64,000 bases of DNA from a virus: the IMG/VR virus record IMGVR_UViG_3300025383_001098; one strand, 5' to 3'. The notes beneath the pieces were generated by a model. The model made no database searches and was not told where the DNA came from. It saw nothing but the letters and a program-made list of their open reading frames with translations. Of this stretch, positions 1-8,194 are shown in pieces (position 1 is the first letter of the stretch; every line of letters begins with the position of its first letter). Both the position numbers and the translations under genes were made by a program.

Positions 1-90
1 TGCGTCAATACTATGCTGTCCATAATCAACTACAATCCCTAATAGGTAGTTATACCGCAGAGCTTGAAAAACGGCGTCAAAAACCCACGG

Positions 91-119
91 TTGCCCAATA
101 AATCCCAAAATGTTATAAT
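91..119 (+). promoter_or_regulatory. sigma70-type (early) promoter
   Basis: TTGCCC-17 nt-TATAAT with extended TG; same architecture as promoters at 13132, 13837, 14110, 54888. Confidence 0.65.
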
Positions 120-124
120 ATTAT

Positions 125-132
125 TATAAATA
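125..132 (+). promoter_or_regulatory. T4-type late promoter TATAAATA
   Basis: exact TATAAATA 8 nt before ATG 141. Confidence 0.7.
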
Positions 133-140
133 GTAGTACT

Positions 141-599
141 ATGAAGATAACCGATATTTTAACTGAACAAGAGATAGCCGAAATGAATCGTCGAGATTTT
201 CTTAAAGGAGCAGGCGCCGCTGTTGGTGCCGCCGCATTAGGAGGAGCCGCTGGTCAAGCTAAAGCAACATCAAAAGAAGAATTAGAGGCCGTAGTCAATG
301 TAATAGGCGTTTTAGTAGTAGCCCAAGAATTTTTACAATCTGGCGGCAGCCAAGGACAGGATCCTGGATTTGACGCACAAACAAATAAAGTTGTAGGATA
401 TGCTAAAGCCTCGTTGAGCAAATGGGCACAAAATCGTAAAGGCGGTAGAGAATACTTAAATCAAGAATATGCGGCAATGAAGAGAAATATTCAAGATGCT
501 CGAAAAATCAATGCTAAAAATACTGGCAACTGGGAAGCTCAGATTCTTGCTAACTACAAAATGTATATTCAGCAGTTAGATGATTATTCTCAATTCTGA
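141..599 (+). CDS. hypothetical protein with internal twin-arginine (Tat) signal after an acidic leader
   Basis: MKITDILTEQEIAE then MNRRDFLK, Ala/Gly h-region and AKA site. Confidence 0.75.
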   Translation: MKITDILTEQEIAEMNRRDFLKGAGAAVGAAALGGAAGQAKATSKEELEAVVNVIGVLVVAQEFLQSGGSQGQDPGFDAQTNKVVGYAKASLSKWAQNRKGGREYLNQEYAAMKRNIQDARKINAKNTGNWEAQILANYKMYIQQLDDYSQF

Positions 600-623
600 C
601 AGATTACATAAAAATAAAATAAT

Positions 624-646
624 AAAAGCCCCGCAAGGGGCTTTTT
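624..646 (+). terminator. intrinsic terminator (possibly bidirectional)
   Basis: AAAAGCCCC-GCAA-GGGGCTTTTT. Confidence 0.9.
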
Positions 647-663
647 AATCAATGAGGGAAAAT

Positions 664-828
664 ATGAAAAATATTGATGTAGAAAAGTTTAACACAGAAA
701 CAAAGTCATTACAGGAAAGTGTTATTACACAAAAGTCTAACAAATATCAACAATCAAAGATCGTTAAAAAACAGAACAATACTTTGAATCTTCTTGACAA
801 GATCAAGACAGCGGTTAAGCAAGGTTAG
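664..828 (+). CDS. small hypothetical protein (54 aa), absent from ORF track
   Basis: GAGGG upstream, ATG 664, MKNIDVEKFNTETKSLQESVITQKSNK...AVKQG, TAG. Confidence 0.5.
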   Translation: MKNIDVEKFNTETKSLQESVITQKSNKYQQSKIVKKQNNTLNLLDKIKTAVKQG

Positions 829-829
829 A

Positions 830-975
830 CAGGATTCAGGAACGGCAACGGTCCTGCGATGTAATCGGCAGACCCACACTTGCAAGAGACGATTCGTCTG
901 CTTCCGCTGTACACGAAACGTGGGATGGGCTGTGTACACGGGGTTTGGCAGTTTCCTGACATAAAAATAACTGCC
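830..975 (+). ncRNA. candidate structured RNA with long-range pseudoknot (family unknown)
   Basis: GC-rich non-coding stretch; CAGGAT/GTCCTG, CAGACCC/GGGTTTG and GGCAGTT/AACTGCC stems; loop TCAGGAA complementary to TTCCTGA. Confidence 0.5.
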
Positions 976-982
976 ATTTACA

Positions 983-1011
983 TTGACATTGTATTGTAAA
1001 TACAGTATAAT
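983..1011 (+). promoter_or_regulatory. perfect consensus sigma70 promoter
   Basis: TTGACA(983-988)-17 nt-TATAAT(1006-1011). Confidence 0.9.
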
Positions 1012-1016
1012 CAATT

Positions 1017-1305
1017 AAAGGTAAAAAGTTTAGGTACAGGTGTGACGACCATCTGATACTAATAGGAAGCAGAGTATGTAGCAACGCAAGATGAGCCGCT
1101 CGAAAATTTTGCAATATCGGGTATTCCCGAAGCGGCACCAGTATTTCAAAGCTACGAAACCGCTGATATTTTGTTAACACATACGATAATTAGTTTTCTT
1201 GCAAACAGTTTTACTTATTGTATGGTACTGAGCCTGAGCGATATCTCGGGAGTAAACAATCTATAGTTGTAAAGCAGATTTTATGTACCTAAACTTTTTA
1301 CCTTT
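1017..1305 (+). ncRNA. candidate ~289-nt large structured ncRNA closed by a perfect 22-bp terminal stem
   Basis: 1017-1038 AAAGGTAAAAAGTTTAGGTACA is the exact reverse complement of 1284-1305; many nested internal stems; starts at the predicted +1 and ends at the tRNA 5' end. Confidence 0.75.
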
Positions 1306-1390
1306 GCCCCGATGGTGGAATTGGCAGACACGCCGGTCTTAGAAGCCGGTACCGCAAGGTGTGCGAGTTCAAGTCTCGCTTGGGGCACCA
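1306..1390 (+). tRNA. tRNA-Leu (anticodon TAG)
   Basis: cloverleaf; CCGGT-CTTAGAA-GCCGG anticodon arm; long variable arm; GTTCAA T-loop; encoded CCA. Confidence 0.95.
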
Positions 1391-1411
1391 AAATTTAAGA
1401 AAGGAGTTGGC

Positions 1412-1555
1412 ATGTCTACTAAAGAAACTTTAGATCGAGCATACGGTAATATGCCCAAGGAAGTTAGCGGAAATTTTGATTTCTTTGATTTTGTACCAAC
1501 TCCGCGTGGTATAAAATATTATTGGTATCGATTGATACGTAAAATAACAAGATAA
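1412..1555 (+). CDS. small hypothetical protein (47 aa)
   Basis: AAGGAG SD then ATG 1412; the ORF-track start at 1361 lies inside the tRNA. Confidence 0.6.
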   Translation: MSTKETLDRAYGNMPKEVSGNFDFFDFVPTPRGIKYYWYRLIRKITR

Positions 1556-1562
1556 AGAACAT

Positions 1563-1657
1563 GGTGAGCTGGCCGAGTTGGTCGAAGGCACTTTCCTGCT
1601 AAGAAAGCATACGGGCCAAAACCTGTATCAAGAGTTCGAATCTCTTGCTCACCGCCA
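1563..1657 (+). tRNA. tRNA-Ser (anticodon GCT)
   Basis: GGTGAGC/GCTCACC acceptor stem; CTTTC-CTGCTAA-GAAAG; long variable arm; GTTCGAAT; CCA. Confidence 0.95.
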
Positions 1658-1659
1658 AA

Positions 1660-2955
1660 TTAATAAATTACTATTTGCCCATTGATAACATGTTTATGTT
1701 GTCTCTGGGCTATTTCTTTTTTGTGCTCTAAGATTAGAGGTTTTGTTTTAAACCCACCTGCTACTTCAGGAATAGTAGAATCGCCAAAGTAATAATACAG
1801 ACTGTCGAAGGATTTTATGTTTGTTGCACGGCCATCAATGTATTCAACAAAATCCAAATCAACATTGTTGACCAAGTAGTCAATGCCGGCTTCCCACGAA
1901 TTATACAATTTAGAATCTTTAAAATTAACGTGGAACCAATGGTCCATTTCGTTATAAACATTATTGGTTGGCTTTGCAGTTTGGAATGTATGAAAATCGT
2001 AATCGGGATAAACAATATGCTTTACCAATTGTTCATATAGGGTACGCTGGGCAAAGTTATTATTGGGCCACTGTAATACACTTTGCATCTGATAATTCTG
2101 TGGCATACTGAACCAATTTTTTACCGCGTGTATTTGTTTGGCCAATAAACGACATGATTCGGGTGCCCAGAAGAAATATTCATTTACTACCCCTGATGTA
2201 TCTCCTACCGTGGCATTTGTATAACTGGCAATGCCGTCAATAAAATACATAAAGAATTTTCCATCTTTAATGAATACCTTGGGTTTATCTACTCCATAGA
2301 GTAAACATACCTTGTTTTTACTTTCAACTATCCGATGTTGATCCCCAAGGAATGAGTCATCAAACTTGTGTATATGGCCAGGCTGTAGATAATGCTTGGT
2401 GCGGAAAATCCAAGATTCGTCTTTGGAGTCGGATTCGGCAATCATGTCCTCGCTGTAATCGTGTACAGTGATCTTTGTAGCAGGATAATTAGTAGCAATC
2501 CACTGTAGTAATGGTCTTGCGGCAAACTCCCACTCGCTTAGAGTATTTTCGGCCCTGGTGTCAAATATATTGCCTACTACACCCTTTTCACCTTGCTTGG
2601 GATAACGAAAGATAACTTCATCTAAATGTATACCGTTTAGTAAGAAACTATAAGCAACGGTGGTACTATCACTTCCTCCACTGAGCTCTAATCTAATATA
2701 GTCGTAAGAGTCTCTTAGTTGTTGAGCACGTTGACGATATAATTCGCGTAGACTTTCTTCTGGCTCTATATGCCAAGGATACTTGACAAACACATCCTCA
2801 TTAAAAAACCATTTAACTTCTTGTTTACGTCGACTGGCATCTAACATGGCTTGAATCTTATTGTAATAGATTTCATTGCCAACCAAATAGTAACCTATCT
2901 TTTTATTAGGCTCAAAGTTAACACCAGCGTGTGAGGTATGTTCGATTATGGGCAT
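1660..2955 (-). CDS. PP-loop (adenine nucleotide alpha hydrolase-like) protein
   Basis: LELSGGSDS PP-loop motif; minus-strand TATAAATA at 2983-2990. Confidence 0.7.
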   Translation of the reverse strand: MPIIEHTSHAGVNFEPNKKIGYYLVGNEIYYNKIQAMLDASRRKQEVKWFFNEDVFVKYPWHIEPEESLRELYRQRAQQLRDSYDYIRLELSGGSDSTTVAYSFLLNGIHLDEVIFRYPKQGEKGVVGNIFDTRAENTLSEWEFAARPLLQWIATNYPATKITVHDYSEDMIAESDSKDESWIFRTKHYLQPGHIHKFDDSFLGDQHRIVESKNKVCLLYGVDKPKVFIKDGKFFMYFIDGIASYTNATVGDTSGVVNEYFFWAPESCRLLAKQIHAVKNWFSMPQNYQMQSVLQWPNNNFAQRTLYEQLVKHIVYPDYDFHTFQTAKPTNNVYNEMDHWFHVNFKDSKLYNSWEAGIDYLVNNVDLDFVEYIDGRATNIKSFDSLYYYFGDSTIPEVAGGFKTKPLILEHKKEIAQRQHKHVINGQIVIY

Positions 2956-3018
2956 TGGGGAGTTGTAATTGATGTGATAAAATATTTATACTATAGTCAA
3001 CTTGTTAAATAGTATTAT

Positions 3019-3094
3019 GCCCCTTTAGCTCATCCGGTAGAGCAACTGATTTGTAATCAGTAGGTGGTCTGTTCGAGTCGGACAAGGGGCACCA
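3019..3094 (+). tRNA. tRNA-Thr (anticodon TGT)
   Basis: GCCCCTT/AAGGGGC acceptor; ACTGA-TTTGTAA-TCAGT; GTTCGAG; CCA; 76 nt. Confidence 0.95.
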
Positions 3095-3112
3095 ACTGCA
3101 AATCGAGGATAT

Positions 3113-3274
3113 ATGGCAAAGACAAAAAAATCAAGTCTACATACCAAAACTGGTAAAATACTTTTGGGCCCACTTAACATTGCCCAACTAACAGACATGT
3201 TAGAAAAAACATCTAAAGCAAAAGAAAAATCCAAAATCCAACGCCGTTTAACTGAATTGACCTCACGCGGTTGA
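3113..3274 (+). CDS. small basic hypothetical protein (53 aa), absent from ORF track
   Basis: GAGG SD; MAKTKKSSLHTKTGKILLGPLNIAQL...ELTSRG, TGA. Confidence 0.65.
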   Translation: MAKTKKSSLHTKTGKILLGPLNIAQLTDMLEKTSKAKEKSKIQRRLTELTSRG

Positions 3275-3299
3275 CCTAAAAATCAATCTATAGTAAACT
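3271..3299 (+). promoter_or_regulatory. sigma70-type promoter
   Basis: TTGACC-17 nt-TAAACT. Confidence 0.55.
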
Positions 3300-3329
3300 G
3301 TTTACTCTACTAACTTTTGGAGTATCGTT

Positions 3330-3836
3330 GTGAAAAAACTATTGGTAATTTTGGGTCTATTTTTGTCGACCACAGCATTTGCCGAACAAGGCGATGTTTG
3401 GGCTACAATCGACACAGTTGGATATCATTTTCAAAACGACAATAAAGCAAACGATTTTAACTATGGCGTAGGTGTTAATTACGAAGTTGTTAATCGATTA
3501 AGTATCGGTGCACGAGTATATCGCAATAGTTTTAAAGATGGCACTATGATCAATGGCCAACCGGCAGAGCTGTATTCCGAGGCCGCTGTTATTGACTATC
3601 GCTTTTGGAACGACGACTTGTGGGCTACACACATTGGATGGCAATTTGCCAATCATTTTGGTCATTCAAACGGTATAGTGTTTCCTCATATGACTGACCT
3701 TCCGTATGCAAGTGTATGCCGTAAAATTGGTGATGCTGATGCTAAATGGCAAGCCTGTGGTCAAGTTACTACTTGGAAAAATACTACAAACGGGTGGGAT
3801 CAATCTGCTTCATTTAAACTACAATATACATTCTAA
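3330..3836 (+). CDS. putative outer-membrane beta-barrel protein (possibly PagP-like)
   Basis: Sec signal ending AFA; alternating beta-strand pattern; C-terminal FKLQYTF beta-signal. Confidence 0.6.
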   Translation: MKKLLVILGLFLSTTAFAEQGDVWATIDTVGYHFQNDNKANDFNYGVGVNYEVVNRLSIGARVYRNSFKDGTMINGQPAELYSEAAVIDYRFWNDDLWATHIGWQFANHFGHSNGIVFPHMTDLPYASVCRKIGDADAKWQACGQVTTWKNTTNGWDQSASFKLQYTF

Positions 3837-3837
3837 T

Positions 3838-4014
3838 ATGACCGAAGAAAAGAAATTTAAAAATCCATTTATTGCCGCTGCACAAGCCGCTAAGGCCGCT
3901 GCCAGTAATCCACGAGTACCCGGAGCCAAAACCACGCAAGTTCAAAAAGCTAAATTTGGCACACAAGTACAGGGTAATAAACCGGCTAAGAAGTCAGCCG
4001 GTCGCGGCCGATAA
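3838..4014 (+). CDS. small Lys/Ala-rich basic protein (58 aa)
   Basis: ATG 3838 right after the previous stop; MTEEKKFKNPFIAAAQAAKAAA...KKSAGRGR. Confidence 0.65.
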   Translation: MTEEKKFKNPFIAAAQAAKAAASNPRVPGAKTTQVQKAKFGTQVQGNKPAKKSAGRGR

Positions 4015-4023
4015 CCAAACAGA

Positions 4024-4052
4024 TTGACTTTAAATGGCCAATCTGTTATACT
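4024..4052 (+). promoter_or_regulatory. sigma70-type promoter
   Basis: TTGACT-17 nt-TATACT with extended TG. Confidence 0.7.
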
Positions 4053-4081
4053 TTATATAGTTCAACCCTAAAGGATTTATC

Positions 4082-4243
4082 ATGTTTGAAAGTTTAGAAA
4101 TTCGCCGTGCAGCAAACGGTTTTATTTTAGTAGTTAATACCGAAGAAGAAGCCACAGAATTTGTCTATGACACTGAGCGTAAATTGATTCGTGTTGTTAA
4201 GCAATACTTAGGTGAGCGTATCACAGAAGCAGATGCCAGTTAA
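4082..4243 (+). CDS. small hypothetical protein (53 aa), absent from ORF track
   Basis: AAGGA SD; MFESLEIRRAANGFILVVNTEEE...; TAATG overlap with next gene. Confidence 0.7.
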   Translation: MFESLEIRRAANGFILVVNTEEEATEFVYDTERKLIRVVKQYLGERITEADAS

Positions 4244-4860
4244 TGACGTTTGACGAATACTTAAACACCCACGAAATTAAAAAACTACAACTTGGTTGTG
4301 GTGGGAATATTCTTCCTGGGTGGTTAAATACCGATGGGCAGGGCGACGGGTGGTTCCATCCCGACAGCGTCAAACTTGATGCAAGTCAACCTTTTCCACT
4401 TCCTGACAATAGTTTTGATTATGTCTACAGCGAACACATGATCGAACATTTACCTTATTGGTCCGGACAGGAAATGTTAAAAGAAAGTTTTCGTGTATTA
4501 AAACCCGGTGGGCGTATTCGTATTAGTTGCCCCGACATGCAGTTTTTAATAGACGCATACACCAATCCCACACAAATACATTTAGATTACATTGAACAGA
4601 CCAAACCAGACTGGGCGCCGTTCCCTGATGCTATTTTTACATTCAACAATTATGTAAGAGATTGGGGTCATCAATTTATCTATAATAAAAGAATTTTAGA
4701 GTTAAGTATGATGGCCGCAGGCTTTACAAACATCACAGAACATAGTATACTTGAGAGTGAAGATCCGGTGTTACAAAACTTAGAAATAGCAACACGTATG
4801 CCGGAGGGATTCTTACAATTAGAAACCATGACTCTTGAGGGAATTAAAGAAGGTGTTTGA
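4243..4860 (+). CDS. class I SAM-dependent methyltransferase (Methyltransf_11-like)
   Basis: LQLGCGG motif I; FPLPDNSFDYVYSEHMIEH; RVLKPGG. Confidence 0.85.
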   Translation: MTFDEYLNTHEIKKLQLGCGGNILPGWLNTDGQGDGWFHPDSVKLDASQPFPLPDNSFDYVYSEHMIEHLPYWSGQEMLKESFRVLKPGGRIRISCPDMQFLIDAYTNPTQIHLDYIEQTKPDWAPFPDAIFTFNNYVRDWGHQFIYNKRILELSMMAAGFTNITEHSILESEDPVLQNLEIATRMPEGFLQLETMTLEGIKEGV

Positions 4861-5569
4861 TACAGATAAATTCTTTTGGCACAATTACATTCCGTTTTAC
4901 GAGAAATTTTTTGCTGACCGAAATTTCACAAAGATTGCTGAAATTGGACTTTTTAAAGGCGATTCAGTTCGTTGGTTATTAAATCGATTTCCTACAAGTG
5001 CTATCATTGGTGCAGACATATTAACACGTCAAGACACCTGGCCCGTTGATGAAAGATTTTTAGACTGTCAACTTGACCAAGGTGATCTACAGGCACTTGA
5101 AAATTTTTTCAGCCTTGGTCCATACGATCTTATAATTGAAGATGGCAGTCATTTTCCCGAACATCAAGTTTCAACACTATTAATAGGTATAAAGCACTTG
5201 ACCAGCGATGGTGTTTATATACTCGAAGACGTTCATACCAGCCACCCTAAACATAAATTAAATAAACAACCTACAGTGGGCAATGCCCTTTCGGTGCTGT
5301 TGGCCTTGGCACACTACAGGAGAAACGGCATTGCTGTTACAGAAGAACGTGCTGAGTTGATTGCTAAAAACTCACTGGTTACTACAGATGAAGTCATTGA
5401 TTTAGATTCTGCCTTAAAAGAAATAGTATTATACAAGCGTACAATTTTACCTGATAAATGTTATGAATGTGGTAGCCAGGATTACGAGTTTAGTCAATAT
5501 CGATGTCAATGTGGCGCAGAAATATTCTCTGACACAGACTCAATGTCATTTGTACTGATCAAGGAATAA
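4853..5569 (+). CDS. class I SAM-dependent methyltransferase (sugar O-methyltransferase-like)
   Basis: AEIGLFKGDS; YDLIIEDGSH; GVYILED; probable GTG start 4853. Confidence 0.75.
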   Translation: MFDTDKFFWHNYIPFYEKFFADRNFTKIAEIGLFKGDSVRWLLNRFPTSAIIGADILTRQDTWPVDERFLDCQLDQGDLQALENFFSLGPYDLIIEDGSHFPEHQVSTLLIGIKHLTSDGVYILEDVHTSHPKHKLNKQPTVGNALSVLLALAHYRRNGIAVTEERAELIAKNSLVTTDEVIDLDSALKEIVLYKRTILPDKCYECGSQDYEFSQYRCQCGAEIFSDTDSMSFVLIKE

Positions 5570-5573
5570 CAAA

Positions 5574-6422
5574 ATGAAAATTTACGATTGTTTTACTTTT
5601 TACAATGAATTAGAAATGCTGGATCTGCACCTGGCAGAACTATACGAACATGTAGACAAATTTGTCATTGTAGAGTCGACTAAAACATTCCAAGGCAATG
5701 ATAAAAGCCTTTTCTTAAAGTTGAATTGGAATCGTTACATCAAGTATCATGATAAAATTATTCATGTTATTGTAGATGACAGCCCCTGTAGCTCAAACGC
5801 CTGGGACAATGAAACGTTCCAGCGTAATGCTATTATGCGTGGACTAACTGGCGCCGATGCCGATGACATTTGTATTATTGGTGATGTAGACGAAATACTT
5901 CGACCAGAAGTTGTTGATCAAATACGTGCTAACCCAAAAGATATTATGGGGTTTCGTGTACCATACTTTAACTTTAAATTTAATTATATGTTGGTTAACA
6001 ACAATGAAAGTTACTTTGTTTGGACAACCGCTTGCCGTCGCAAGTTATTAGAAGATCCAGACCAATTTAGACGTACACGATTTGAATTAAATAATCTTCC
6101 AATTGACTACGAAGATGCTACCATTAAGATGTACGAACATGCTGGTTGGCATTTTACCTACCTGGGTGATGCCGAATTTATTCGTAACAAGATTCGCAGT
6201 TTTAGTCATGCTGAATTAAACTATGACGAGTTTTTAAATAAAATCAATGTTGATGAAATGATTGAGCGTGGTGTAGGATTTAATCCATTAGATCCAAGAC
6301 CATTTGTAGCAGTAACATTAGATGATTATTTCCCCAAGACTATAGTTAATAATCCAGCTCGGTATCAGACTCAAATTGTCGAAGGTGCTACAAAAAGTGC
6401 CCGTGAAATTTTTAGCCTATAA
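5574..6422 (+). CDS. glycosyltransferase family 17 (GnT-III/MGAT3-like)
   Basis: KIYDCFTFYNELEML; FVIVES; QRNAI; GDVDEI; AGWHFTY; KIRSFSHAE. Confidence 0.85.
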   Translation: MKIYDCFTFYNELEMLDLHLAELYEHVDKFVIVESTKTFQGNDKSLFLKLNWNRYIKYHDKIIHVIVDDSPCSSNAWDNETFQRNAIMRGLTGADADDICIIGDVDEILRPEVVDQIRANPKDIMGFRVPYFNFKFNYMLVNNNESYFVWTTACRRKLLEDPDQFRRTRFELNNLPIDYEDATIKMYEHAGWHFTYLGDAEFIRNKIRSFSHAELNYDEFLNKINVDEMIERGVGFNPLDPRPFVAVTLDDYFPKTIVNNPARYQTQIVEGATKSAREIFSL

Positions 6423-6452
6423 ATACAAACATCAAATAACAACGGAGTTCAA

Positions 6453-7484
6453 ATGTCAAAAAGAGTGCTTATCACCGGTGGCGCTGGTTTTATTGCCCAT
6501 CACGTAATTGAAAATATTATTAAAACAACCGACTGGAGTATTGTTTGCTTAGACAGACTTGATTTCTCTGGTAACCTAAATCGTCTTGCAGATGTTATGC
6601 AAGACTTTTCACAAGAGGACAAATCTCGCATTAAGGTTGTGTTCCACGATCTTAAGGCCGAAGTTAATCCAATGATTGCCGACATGTGTGGCGATATTAA
6701 TATTGTACTACACTTGGCCGCAGGGTCACACGTAGATCGTTCAATTGAATTTCCAATGGAATTTGTTATGGACAACGTAGTTGGTACTGTTAACCTGCTT
6801 AACTATGCTCGTACACTAAAGAACTTAGAAAAGTTTGTCTACTTCTCAACAGACGAAGTATTTGGCCCAGCACCGGTTGGTGTTAAGTACGGCGAATATG
6901 ATCGTTATAATTCAACAAACCCTTATTCAGCGGCCAAAGCCGGTGGCGAAGAAATGTGCGTGGCATTTGAAAATACCTACAAAATGCCAATTGTTATTAC
7001 ACATACTATGAACGTATTTGGCGAACGTCAGCATCCAGAGAAGTTTATTCCCTTGTGTATTCAACGTGCCCGCGATCAAGAAATGGTACGCATTCATGCT
7101 GATCCAACTAAAACAATTCCCGGAAGTCGACACTATATTCACGCTAAGGATGTAGCCGAAGGCCTGATGTTTATTGTAACTCAACTCAAAGACTATACTT
7201 ACTTTGAGCCAACCGGACTTCGTGTTATTCCTAAGTTCAATCTTGTTGGACCAGAAGAAACAGATAACTTAAACCTGGCAAAAATGATTGCTGCCGCTCA
7301 AGGTAAAGAATTACTCTACGAACTCACCGACTTCCACTCAGCTCGCCCTGGACATGATCTACGCTATGCATTAGATGGATCTTTACTCAAAAAATTAGGT
7401 TGGGAGCCAAAGATTAAATTCAGTGAACGTGTTCAACAGGTTGTTGAATGGACCTTAGCTAATCCACGGTGGTTATGCAAATGA
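6453..7484 (+). CDS. rfbB: dTDP-glucose 4,6-dehydratase
   Basis: TGGAGFI; HLAAGSHVDRSI; STDEVFG; YSAAK; QHPEKFIP; RPGHDLRYA; TATAAATA at 6418-6425. Confidence 0.9.
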   Translation: MSKRVLITGGAGFIAHHVIENIIKTTDWSIVCLDRLDFSGNLNRLADVMQDFSQEDKSRIKVVFHDLKAEVNPMIADMCGDINIVLHLAAGSHVDRSIEFPMEFVMDNVVGTVNLLNYARTLKNLEKFVYFSTDEVFGPAPVGVKYGEYDRYNSTNPYSAAKAGGEEMCVAFENTYKMPIVITHTMNVFGERQHPEKFIPLCIQRARDQEMVRIHADPTKTIPGSRHYIHAKDVAEGLMFIVTQLKDYTYFEPTGLRVIPKFNLVGPEETDNLNLAKMIAAAQGKELLYELTDFHSARPGHDLRYALDGSLLKKLGWEPKIKFSERVQQVVEWTLANPRWLCK

Positions 7485-8194
7485 AGCCATTGTTTGTTTT
7501 AACTTCTGCAATCAATACTAAATTTGGTGTTTATTCGCCCGAACAAAGATTTCAACAAACTTTAGAAAGTATTGACAGTATTAAAAAACGAGCCCCTGGT
7601 GCTAAAATTGCTATATTAGAAATGAGTGGCGATCCAATTTCTGACGAGCAAGCAGAGGTATTAAAAAAGCATATCAACTATCTGTTGACCTTTAGCCAGG
7701 AAGATGCTGTAAAAAGCATATACAACAGTACCGAGAATTGGGACATTGTTAAAAATTGTACAGAAATGTTAATATTTGCCAATGCACTCCGCGAGCTCAA
7801 AGACAAAGGTGTTATTGGTCAGTTTGATAGAATATTTAAACTAACAGGTCGTTATCAGGTAACTGATAATTTCAATCCTGACTACTACGACACAGTTCCC
7901 GATCGTATTGTGATATTAAAGGCCAAGCCAAGTCAGTTTCCTCCCCAGGTAACTGGCGGACTTACTATGCAGTACATGAGTAGGTTCTTTAGTTGGCCAG
8001 CTGATCAGACCGACACTATCATTGACACATACAACACAGGATTTATGGCAGTAGCACAACATTTAAATGCCGGCGGCTATTTTGATCTTGAGCACATGCT
8101 GTATAATTTCTTGCCCAAGGATCGAGTAACTGAAGTTGACGTCTTAGGTTGCACAGGCAATCTTGGACCAAACGGAATGCAGGTCAATGACTAA
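7481..8194 (+). CDS. hypothetical protein, possible glycosyltransferase
   Basis: RFQQTLESI, IFKLTGRY and LEH motifs; position in glycan operon. Confidence 0.55.
   Translation: MKPLFVLTSAINTKFGVYSPEQRFQQTLESIDSIKKRAPGAKIAILEMSGDPISDEQAEVLKKHINYLLTFSQEDAVKSIYNSTENWDIVKNCTEMLIFANALRELKDKGVIGQFDRIFKLTGRYQVTDNFNPDYYDTVPDRIVILKAKPSQFPPQVTGGLTMQYMSRFFSWPADQTDTIIDTYNTGFMAVAQHLNAGGYFDLEHMLYNFLPKDRVTEVDVLGCTGNLGPNGMQVND

Noticed and set aside
754-1180. Minus-strand ORFs 754-1014 and 836-1180
   Set aside because: No recognisable protein features; they cross a perfect promoter and structured RNA
1017-1305. Retron msr-msd or MITE reading of the 22-bp inverted repeat
   Set aside because: No reverse transcriptase or transposase in the window, no target-site duplication (flanks CAATT and GCCCC), single copy; ends coincide with a promoter +1 and a tRNA start
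830-1305. tmRNA, RNase P, SRP or 6S identity for the two RNAs
   Set aside because: No tRNA-like T-arm/CCA end, no GAGGAAAGUCC, no SRP motif, no simple 6S-like rod seen; a covariance search is needed to exclude divergent forms
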